DNA from: an uncultured Thermoplasmata archaeon
Lineage (GTDB): Archaea > Thermoplasmatota > Thermoplasmata > Lutacidiplasmatales > UBA184
Reading direction: 5' to 3'
Assembly (NCBI GenBank): GCA_963771555.1
Contig: CAVYTM010000003.1
Coordinates: 584,465-648,464, forward strand
DNA length: 64,000 nt
Made by a program: the position numbers and the translations under genes. Below are positions 36,443-43,609 of the stretch, one piece after another. Each line of letters opens with the position of its first letter. The first letter of the stretch is position 1. The notes under the pieces were generated by a model that searched no databases, was not told the DNA's origin, and saw nothing but the letters and a program-made list of their open reading frames with translations.

Positions 36443-38965
36443 TGGCGTCGGCGGTGTGTATTCCGAGCTGAACGTGATGTTGATCGGTTGGTGCGGGTCG
36501 GGCACCGTGACCGTTCCGAACGTAGGGGTCGAAGTATACCCCGGAACTGGACCGATCGTGAACTGGTAGCTGCCGGCGAACTCGGTGAATCCGATCAGCG
36601 GGGAGAAGGATGTCATCTCAGTGCCGTTGAGAGTAACGCTCCAAGGTGTTCCCTGGCGAAGGCCGGTCTCTTGGAAATCAACCGGGTAGCTAGGGACGGG
36701 TCCGACCGTGATGAGGGCGTCGCCGGTCGAATCCGACACGTAGAGATCGCCGGTCACCGGGTCGTATGCGATTCCCTCGACGTAGTAGCCTCCACCGGCC
36801 TCCAGGTAGAGGGGGCTTCCCGAGAGAGCGACGTAAGTCGTGGCGTTGAACGCATCGATCACGTTCTCGAAGGATTCGGCATTGTAGATCGTCTCGGTCC
36901 CGCTATCGTAGGCCAGGATGTACGGGTCGACGAGCGGCACCGAGTGGACCACCTTGAGGGTCGAGTCGTCGATCACGCTGACATTGCCCGAGCCCAGGTT
37001 GGCGACGAAGACGGTGTGGTTCTTCGAATCGACAACGATGGAGTCCGGTTCGCTGCCCACATCGATCGTCCTGAGTTTACTATCGTTCGACGCCCCCCAC
37101 ACGGTGACGTTGTTGTCGCCACGGTCGGCGGCGTAGACCTCGTTGGTGCGCGCGTCGTAGGCTATCGCGTCGAGTTGGGCGACGGGCTTGACCTTGAGGC
37201 TGGTGGTGTTCAACGTGTTGGTCGACGTATTGATGATGCTCACGTTGCCATTGTAGTCGTTGGCGACGAACAGCCGCTTGCTCGCGTTGTCGTAGGCGAG
37301 CGCGTCCGGATATTGTCCGACGTTGATCGTGGTCAGCAGCGTGTGGGAGGAGCTGAACACCTCCACGGCGGCCACGGCGGAGTCGGCGGTGTAAATGTCC
37401 CCGTTCGCCCCGTCGTAGGCGACGGGGGCCTCGACCGACGTACTTGTCGGATGCGGCCCACCGACGTCCACGCCGACCACTTGGTCTGCGGCGGCATTGA
37501 CCTCGTGGACGTCGTTGCCCGCCGAGTCCACGGAGTAGAGAGCTTTTTGGGCGGCGTCGTACGTCACGCCGGTCGGATAGACTGCGATCGGGATCGACGC
37601 GATGGAAAGACCGGTCGCTTCGCTGAGGACGGTAACGTTCGGCTCGAGATCCGAGGTCCCCCCGTTCGCCACGTAGCCGTCGCCGGTCCCTGGGTCGACA
37701 ATCACGGCATACGGACCGTCTTCGGTCGAAATGTTGGCGATCGATTTGTGCGTCGAGCCGTTGATCACCGTGATGTTGCCGATGCCACTCGGACCTCCAT
37801 TGTAGGCCGAAATGATCACGTTCCCATTCACCGCGTCATACGCGGTAGCGGACGGCCCGGCACCCTGGCCAATGATTCCGCTCGACGATACGACCGTGTT
37901 ACTCGGTTGCTGGATCACGGTGAGCAATCCTTGTCCACCCGCGACGAACAGTTGGTTCTGGGCCGGGTCGTACGCAAACGATTCCGCGTACAGCGCCACG
38001 GACACGTTGGTCACGACAGGTGCCGAGGCGGTAGCGGAGAACACACTGACATCGGCAAGCGAACGGCCGGTGTTGTTCAGCACGTCGATGAGGTCGTTCT
38101 TCGTGTCAATTGCGAGGGCTATCGGTTCGGGTCGCACCGTGGCGGACGCGACCACCCTGTTGGTGACGGGGTTGATGATCGAAACGTTGGAGGAACCATA
38201 GTTCGTGACGAATACCCGGTTGGCCGGTGAGTCGTAGGCCACCGCGAGGGGGTCGGTCCCTACGGGAATGCTCGCAACCGACTTGTTGGTGGTTCCCGAG
38301 AACACCGTGACGTTGGCGGTGCCGAAGTCGGCGACATACAAATCGTGGTTTCTCCAATCGAAGGCAATACCATGAGGGCCACCCCCGACCGGTAGCGAGC
38401 CGGTGACCGTCTCGGAGGTCCCGCTGATGATGCTCACGTTGGACGAGGACCCTGCGTTGGTGGCATAGAGAGTTCCCGTCTCGTTGTCCACCGCCACCGA
38501 GGGGACGTTGAAGGTCGCCTGATTGTCGACCGGAACGGGAATATTGGCCACGTCGGTGAACGTAGAGGCGTTGATCACCGAAAGGTCGTTGGCCGTGCCG
38601 CCGCGGACGTAGATGTTTCCGTTCGAGGGGTCGTAGGTCGCGGTTTCCTGCTGGAGATTGCTTTGAACCGGAAGAGCACCGGGGCCGGGATACGCTTGAT
38701 TCGAGGAAAGGTCCAGTCTCGATAGAACGACGCCAATCCCGCCGGAAGGGTTCAAGGCGGGGAGTGCCGCGGAAACCGTAACCGCCTCGTGGGAGGCCGC
38801 ATGTCTCGAGATCGTCCCGACGGTGGCTGGGACCCGGAGGACCGCGGGAGCAACGACCGTCGCCAAGAGCACGACCGCGACCAGGAGCACGAGAGCTGTC
38901 GGTACGAGCTTCGATGCACGGCGAAGGGGCGAACTCATCCCTGCGGCGAATCGAATTGCGTTCAT
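35750..38965 (-). CDS. Secreted surface protein: YVTN-family beta-propeller repeats, FxETGL beta-sandwich, 4 x 56-aa repeat
   Basis: Signal/anchor helix, then about 700 aa of ~40-residue repeats of the YVTN type (e.g. LYATNAGSSSNVSIISGTSETVTGSLPVG, RVFVTNYGSSNVSIINPVTNRVVAS, RLFVANDYNGNVSIINTSTNTL). VDFQETGLRQGTPWSVTLNGT... then the repeat array. Confidence 0.85.
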   Translation of the reverse strand: MNAIRFAAGMSSPLRRASKLVPTALVLLVAVVLLATVVAPAVLRVPATVGTISRHAASHEAVTVSAALPALNPSGGIGVVLSRLDLSSNQAYPGPGALPVQSNLQQETATYDPSNGNIYVRGGTANDLSVINASTFTDVANIPVPVDNQATFNVPSVAVDNETGTLYATNAGSSSNVSIISGTSETVTGSLPVGGGPHGIAFDWRNHDLYVADFGTANVTVFSGTTNKSVASIPVGTDPLAVAYDSPANRVFVTNYGSSNVSIINPVTNRVVASATVRPEPIALAIDTKNDLIDVLNNTGRSLADVSVFSATASAPVVTNVSVALYAESFAYDPAQNQLFVAGGQGLLTVIQQPSNTVVSSSGIIGQGAGPSATAYDAVNGNVIISAYNGGPSGIGNITVINGSTHKSIANISTEDGPYAVIVDPGTGDGYVANGGTSDLEPNVTVLSEATGLSIASIPIAVYPTGVTYDAAQKALYSVDSAGNDVHEVNAAADQVVGVDVGGPHPTSTSVEAPVAYDGANGDIYTADSAVAAVEVFSSSHTLLTTINVGQYPDALAYDNASKRLFVANDYNGNVSIINTSTNTLNTTSLKVKPVAQLDAIAYDARTNEVYAADRGDNNVTVWGASNDSKLRTIDVGSEPDSIVVDSKNHTVFVANLGSGNVSVIDDSTLKVVHSVPLVDPYILAYDSGTETIYNAESFENVIDAFNATTYVALSGSPLYLEAGGGYYVEGIAYDPVTGDLYVSDSTGDALITVGPVPSYPVDFQETGLRQGTPWSVTLNGTEMTSFSPLIGFTEFAGSYQFTIGPVPGYTSTPTFGTVTVPDPHQPINITFSSEYTPPTPVSALYAVYDDRPDLQAAYPAAFINFTNFTGLVNWAGGVVTHAFSDTNYSDLSPFGYWYALLMTYNSRSDLQAAFTEPYGNLTNYTQLVNWAGGVVTGEWVDSANATLSPFGYYYDLMNVYDGRTDLQAAFPQAFTNLTNFTLLVNWAGWVVNDSFFDSDMAKLTPFGYYYALLKVYDGRSDLQAAFPFAFTDGASYAGLLAWADAVVRGTITDSAKTTLLLFAASYEALG

Positions 38966-39005
38966 CGCGAGCTTGCCCAGCGGCCCCCTTGCGAGATCGC
39001 CTCGC

Positions 39006-39869
39006 CTATCCGCGTGCCTCGTACTCCGCCGCGTACGGCAGGAGAGTCGAGGACGATGAGTCCGTGAAGTCGCCGAGGACCATGTCGGCCGCCCAGGTCA
39101 GCAACCCCTGATAGGAGCCGCCGTCCGTCGCAGCCAGTGGGAAGGCCGCATTCAGGTCCGCGCGGTTCTCGTAGACCAGCCCAACCAGGGCGTAGAAGTA
39201 ACCAAAGGGCTGGAGAGTGGCGTTCGCGCTATCCGAGATGGTACCGTTCACCACCGCGCCGGCCCACCAGAGCAGTCCTCCCTCGGAATCCCAATTCGTA
39301 AAGGCATCGGGGAACGCGGCCTGAAGGTCGGAGCGGTTGTCGTAGATAGTCATCAGGTCGTAGTAATACCCGAACTTCTGGAGCGTCGAGTTGGCGCTGT
39401 CGTTCCACTCCCCCATCACCACACCCCCGGCCCAGTTCACGAGCAGCGTCCAGTTGGTGAGGTTGGTGAGTGCGTCTGGGAAGGCGGTTTGTAGGTCCGA
39501 GCGATTGTTGTACGTCAACATCAGCGCGTACCACGGACCGAACGGGGCGAGCGTCGATGCGCTGCTATCGGCGAACGAATCATTAACGGCGTTTCCTGCC
39601 CAATCCACGAGCTGACCGAACGTCGTCCACACGCCGTACGCGTTCGGGAAGGCCGCTCGCAGGTCGGCACGATCGTTGTATGTCGCCATCAAAGTGTACC
39701 AGAAGCCGTACGGGGCGAGCGTCGTGTAGTTGAGGTCGGAGATTTGTCCGTCGACCACGCTCCCCGCCCAGCTCACCAATTCGGTAAAGTTCGCGAAACT
39801 CCCGTTCGCGTCCGGGAAGAGGGTTTGCAGGTCCGGCCGTTGGTCGTAGACCGCATAGAGCTCGGCGAT
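39006..39869 (-). repeat. 5 tandem ~56-aa units forming the C-terminus
   Basis: Units start AVYDQRPDLQ, TLMATYNDRADLR, ALMLTYNNRSDLQ, DLMTIYDNRSDLQ and LVGLVYENRADLN. The array ends PYAAEYEARG-stop. Confidence 0.9.
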
Positions 39870-42818
39870 CGCGCCGATCACCAGTCCCCCTGGGCCCAGG
39901 GTGATGGTCACGTTCTCTCCACGCGCGGAATCGTAGACCGATAGCGGGCCGTTCGAAGGAGCCGCGGTGGAGCCTACCGGTGGAATCACTTCGTACCAGT
40001 ATACTCCGTACGGAACTGAGAACGTAATCGTTGAGGCGCTAGAATTCTCGGGGGTTCCATTCAGAAGTACAGTCCACGATGCACCGGGGGTCAATCCGGT
40101 CTCATTGAATGTGACGTTGTACGGCGTGGGCGTAACAAAGAAGGGTGCCGTCGTTCCGTTGTTCACGTTCGGGTCCGTCAAGTTCGTCCCGTTGACGACG
40201 ATGGTGTCGATCTGGGCGCCGGGGATTTCGGGGGTGAACGTCCCGGTGCAGGTCATATTCCCCCCAGGATAGATGTCATACCCCGGGCAAGAGAGCGGGC
40301 CGTCCAGACTACCAGTCGCGTTGATACTGTAGATAGCCGAGGTTCCCACATTGGTGATTGTGGTGTTATCCTCGACTTCATGACCCGCCGCCACGGGGTT
40401 CGGCGTGATCGTACTGGAGAGCTGAAGCGCGGAGGGGTTCGCGAGCGCGATGACCTCGGCCGCGCCGACGCTCACCGAGATGGCTGACGGGTCGAGGTTC
40501 ACGATCCGGAACGACGGGTCGATGGTCAGGGCAGCGCTTCCGAGCGCGGTGTCTTCCACCGTAGCACCGATCATCTCGGAAAGATAGAGTGAGTCCCCGC
40601 TCGAGATTGTTGTGTCCGGTCCGAAGAATACCGGAGGCGGGCTTTGGAAATCGAGCGATGCACTGCCCAGGGGGTTACAAACATACGACGGATCGGGCAG
40701 AAGGGGCGGACAGGTGCCGCAGGAGCCGGCGCATGCCTCAGCCCCGATACTCCCGGACGCGCAGGCGTAACCGTAACTGGTGGGCTGGTCCAGATCGCAC
40801 ATCTCGTAACTCCCCCCGGCAAGTGCCTCCGCGGCGCCCTGGCAGCCGCCGTTGCTGTCGTCGCAGTAGGCTTGGACGTCACCTGCGATGTTGAGCGAGA
40901 TCCCGAGGCAATCGAGCAGATTTCCCGGGTCGGGGTTGCCGGAAACGTCGCACTGCCCTGTGACAGTGACCGTATCGGCGATGAACACGGACCCAACGGC
41001 GTCACCGCCGTTGGTCGACGTCCCGGTCGCGGCAATCTCCCCCGTGGGTGCGTTTCCCATCACGCTGAAGGCGTCACTGGCGTCCACGGGCCCGTCGGAT
41101 CCAATGGCATATCCGCTCACGTGCTCGGAGAAGCTCGCGGTCTGAGTGCCCATCCCCCCCGTTTCTCCCGATGTGTTCTTGCAGAATTGGCAGGTCCAAC
41201 CGAACGGAAGTTCCGCGACGACGCCGTTCGCGAAGGCATCGAACTGGTCTCCGGCAAGGCCGATGGCCACGTTGTAGAACCCATACGTGGGCGCGTTCAG
41301 CGCATCGCCGTCGTACTGCGCACCCATGACGATGGGGGAAGAGCAACCCTGAAAGGAATCGCTGGGGCACGACGTATAGTAGATTGGGGGACTGTAGTAC
41401 GTGACGGAGCAAGTGCCGCCCACCAACGTGCAGGTGGTTGGCGCGAAGAACCCCGTCTTGGATGGCATGTACGTGTTGTAGGGGGTCCAAGTCACGACCC
41501 CCCTCGGGGAGCTACCGGTCACGTCCGCGGTGCAGCTGCTCGACGTCGTCACGAACGACGGATTGCAGGAAACAACGACGGTGGGGGTCGTGATGAGCAC
41601 GACCAGAAGCGAGTCGGTTCCTGAGCCAGCCAGATTGTACGTATCACCGCTGTAATCCCCCGTAATCGTGGGGAGGCCTGGCACGGAGTCGGCGTAAGAG
41701 ATTGTGCACTGGCTCGTCGTGTTCAGAGTGCAGGTCGTGGTGGGGGTGTAGCCGTACTCCGTGCCGAGCCAGACCCAGGTGAAGAACACCCCCGTGGTGC
41801 TGGAGGACGACCAGGTCACGGTGCCTGTGGGAGCGTACTCCGCTCCGGGGTCCGTTACAGTGGCCGTACAGTTCGAGGAGGCCCGTAGATAGTAAAAGGG
41901 GGCATAGGAATTGGACGTGCCAATCGGGTTCGGGGAGCAGCCGACCACGGTGGTGGTCTGGCCGCCCGTGTCCGTGAACTCGTTCGTCGAGGTGATGGCA
42001 CCAAATGCCGGGTCGGTGGCGATCACCGGATACGTTCCCGCCGGTACCGAGTCGGGAATCGTGAAATCGCAGGTGAACTTGCCCGTCGAGCTTGTGACAT
42101 CACTGCCCCCGGAGCACGCGATTGCCACTGAGTCAATCGTGATGGGACTGATGGTCGTGCTATTGGTGAAATAGGAGCCTCCGACACTCGTGGCGGTCCC
42201 CACGATGCCGGTCTGCGGGTACCCAATCGTGAGTTGGGGCACCTGCAGAGTGGCGCTGGTCGTCCTGAAACTTGTGGACCCGCAATCATTGTTAAAATCC
42301 TGGGCTGTGATGTTGTAGGTCGCGGGGACATACCCCGGGCCGGCCGGCGGCAGGACTAACTTCACACTGAAGGTGCCGTTGGAGGGCGACACGAAGGTCA
42401 CCGGCGCGGTTCCAGCAAACTGGTACGGGCCGGACTGGCCCGTCACACCCCAGTAGATGCTGAGAGTCGTGAAGTATGGGTAATACCCCGATCCGTTGAT
42501 CCAATATTGCACCCCACCGGGTCCGCTCGATTGGTTGACCTTCGCGGTGGCATGATTTCCGAAATTGCACGGATTGGGTGGCCCCCCCGCGAGGGTCAGG
42601 CGCCCACCCGGGTGGGGGCCTGACGTAGAAATCCCACCGAAGGCGGGAGGGAGCACGAACGCGAACCCAGAGACGAGGAGGCCGATCAGACCCACCACAA
42701 GAACGATCCTCCGTGAGTCAGGACGGCGGAACCTGCTTCCCTGAACTCGAGAGACGCCCTGTTGGTAGGAAGCTCCGGCGTTGTCCGGACGACTTCTTCC
42801 GACGTCACCAGTCTGCAT
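39006..42818 (-). CDS. Secreted surface protein: Ig-like/Cys-rich multidomain head, FNETGL beta-sandwich, 5 x 56-aa repeat
   Basis: Start taken at ATG 42818 (MQTGDVGRSRP...), which precedes a hydrophobic helix (IVLVVGLIGLLVSGFAFVL). The tracked start 42962 lies inside the palindromic motif. Several Ig-like modules carry Cys pairs, with a Cys-rich segment (CQGAAEALAGGSYEMC...CAGSCGTC). NVTFNETGLTPGASWTVLLNGT... then the repeat array. Confidence 0.85.
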   Translation of the reverse strand: MQTGDVGRSRPDNAGASYQQGVSRVQGSRFRRPDSRRIVLVVGLIGLLVSGFAFVLPPAFGGISTSGPHPGGRLTLAGGPPNPCNFGNHATAKVNQSSGPGGVQYWINGSGYYPYFTTLSIYWGVTGQSGPYQFAGTAPVTFVSPSNGTFSVKLVLPPAGPGYVPATYNITAQDFNNDCGSTSFRTTSATLQVPQLTIGYPQTGIVGTATSVGGSYFTNSTTISPITIDSVAIACSGGSDVTSSTGKFTCDFTIPDSVPAGTYPVIATDPAFGAITSTNEFTDTGGQTTTVVGCSPNPIGTSNSYAPFYYLRASSNCTATVTDPGAEYAPTGTVTWSSSSTTGVFFTWVWLGTEYGYTPTTTCTLNTTSQCTISYADSVPGLPTITGDYSGDTYNLAGSGTDSLLVVLITTPTVVVSCNPSFVTTSSSCTADVTGSSPRGVVTWTPYNTYMPSKTGFFAPTTCTLVGGTCSVTYYSPPIYYTSCPSDSFQGCSSPIVMGAQYDGDALNAPTYGFYNVAIGLAGDQFDAFANGVVAELPFGWTCQFCKNTSGETGGMGTQTASFSEHVSGYAIGSDGPVDASDAFSVMGNAPTGEIAATGTSTNGGDAVGSVFIADTVTVTGQCDVSGNPDPGNLLDCLGISLNIAGDVQAYCDDSNGGCQGAAEALAGGSYEMCDLDQPTSYGYACASGSIGAEACAGSCGTCPPLLPDPSYVCNPLGSASLDFQSPPPVFFGPDTTISSGDSLYLSEMIGATVEDTALGSAALTIDPSFRIVNLDPSAISVSVGAAEVIALANPSALQLSSTITPNPVAAGHEVEDNTTITNVGTSAIYSINATGSLDGPLSCPGYDIYPGGNMTCTGTFTPEIPGAQIDTIVVNGTNLTDPNVNNGTTAPFFVTPTPYNVTFNETGLTPGASWTVLLNGTPENSSASTITFSVPYGVYWYEVIPPVGSTAAPSNGPLSVYDSARGENVTITLGPGGLVIGAIAELYAVYDQRPDLQTLFPDANGSFANFTELVSWAGSVVDGQISDLNYTTLAPYGFWYTLMATYNDRADLRAAFPNAYGVWTTFGQLVDWAGNAVNDSFADSSASTLAPFGPWYALMLTYNNRSDLQTAFPDALTNLTNWTLLVNWAGGVVMGEWNDSANSTLQKFGYYYDLMTIYDNRSDLQAAFPDAFTNWDSEGGLLWWAGAVVNGTISDSANATLQPFGYFYALVGLVYENRADLNAAFPLAATDGGSYQGLLTWAADMVLGDFTDSSSSTLLPYAAEYEARG

Positions 42819-42869
42819 CGGCACTCTTCGGAGTTGCCAGCGGCTACTCGGGAGCGGGTAGCCTAGTCG

Positions 42870-42878
42870 GGGGATAAA
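42870..42878 (-). promoter_or_regulatory. TATA box upstream of 39006-42818
   Basis: Minus strand reads GATTTATCCCC, about 56 nt upstream of ATG 42818. Identical to the TTTATCCCC box at 47050. Confidence 0.45.
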
Positions 42879-42940
42879 TCCGTGTATAGGCGCATTCCGA
42901 GGTCTCAAGGGCCGGTACGGACAACGGTCCTCAGGGCGGC

Positions 42941-42966
42941 GCAGGTGCAACGGGCATTGCAACTAC
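42941..42966. promoter_or_regulatory. Second copy of the 26-bp palindromic motif
   Basis: Minus strand GTAGTTGCAATGCCCGTTGCACCTGC versus GTAGGTGCAATGTCCCTTGCACCTAC at 27136-27161 (22/26 identical). The motif ends 122 nt before ATG 42818, against 121 nt before ATG 27014. Confidence 0.65.
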
Positions 42967-42988
42967 TTCAGAAATGCACGGTACGTTG

Positions 42989-43384
42989 CTAGATCTTGGG
43001 CGAAAGCCGGTTGATGGCGAACCAGCCTTTCCTGCCGGTCCTGTCACGACACCACAGCCAGCCGCTTTCAATATCGGCCTCGATAACGGTGACAACCTCG
43101 TTGCGGGACGGGTTCAGGGTGGTCGTGTCGTACCGATTCAGCGCCACCGCCTCGCGACCTCGTCGCTTCAGGTATCTTCGGGGAACCCAACCGCATTCAT
43201 TGGAGCCGTTGACCACGAGCACGAACGCGGGCCAGGTCCCGCTTCCCTGTTCCTCGGTCACCGTCAACGTGTCGCCGGGATTGACGACCAGCGGTCGCAA
43301 AGTAAGGCCGTCAAAGAAACCCGCAGGGAACGCCTCGGTCACTCGGAACTTCTTTCCCGGTTCGAATCCACGTTCGATTGTCAA
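42989..43384 (-). CDS. Tandem SH3-domain protein (cytoplasmic)
   Basis: 131 aa with no signal peptide. The second half, ALNRYDTTTLNPSRNEVVTVIEADIESGWLWCRDRTGRKGWFAINRL, follows the canonical SH3 pattern (ALxxYD ... hhxVhE ... GWW ... G.xGhhP.NYh). The first half (PGDTLTVTEE...ECGWVPRRYL) is a second, more divergent SH3. TTG start is uncertain. Confidence 0.65.
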   Translation of the reverse strand: MTIERGFEPGKKFRVTEAFPAGFFDGLTLRPLVVNPGDTLTVTEEQGSGTWPAFVLVVNGSNECGWVPRRYLKRRGREAVALNRYDTTTLNPSRNEVVTVIEADIESGWLWCRDRTGRKGWFAINRLSPKI

Positions 43385-43587
43385 GCGTTTCCAGCCTGGC
43401 CCAATATCCCAGAAGGGTCTCGCATTCCACGGAATGATGTGGTCTTAGCTCCTGCGTCGGGGTCTTCGATCTCGCAGCTGATGGGGTGACCGTCAAGGAC
43501 AGGCAGTTTCGAGTACGCGGTCGCCCCCAGCGTTCGCCGACTCCCTGAGGTTCGATCCCTCCCGGCGACTACGCTTCTAGACCGACC

Positions 43588-43595
43588 TTATTATA
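43588..43595 (+). promoter_or_regulatory. TATA box of 43610-46045
   Basis: TTATTATA sits 15-22 nt before ATG 43610. The spacing fits a leaderless transcript starting at or near the second ATG (43619, MFRGVL...). Confidence 0.5.
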
Positions 43596-43609
43596 CCGGG
43601 CCGCGCAAA

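Noticed and set aside
43359-43369. 11-nt match (GGTTCGAATCC) to the T-arm of tRNA-Lys, a possible att remnant delimiting an island from 17.1 to 43.4 kb
   Set aside because: Only 11 nt match, it lies inside the SH3 coding sequence, there is no extended identity with the tRNA 3' half, and no integrase is present.
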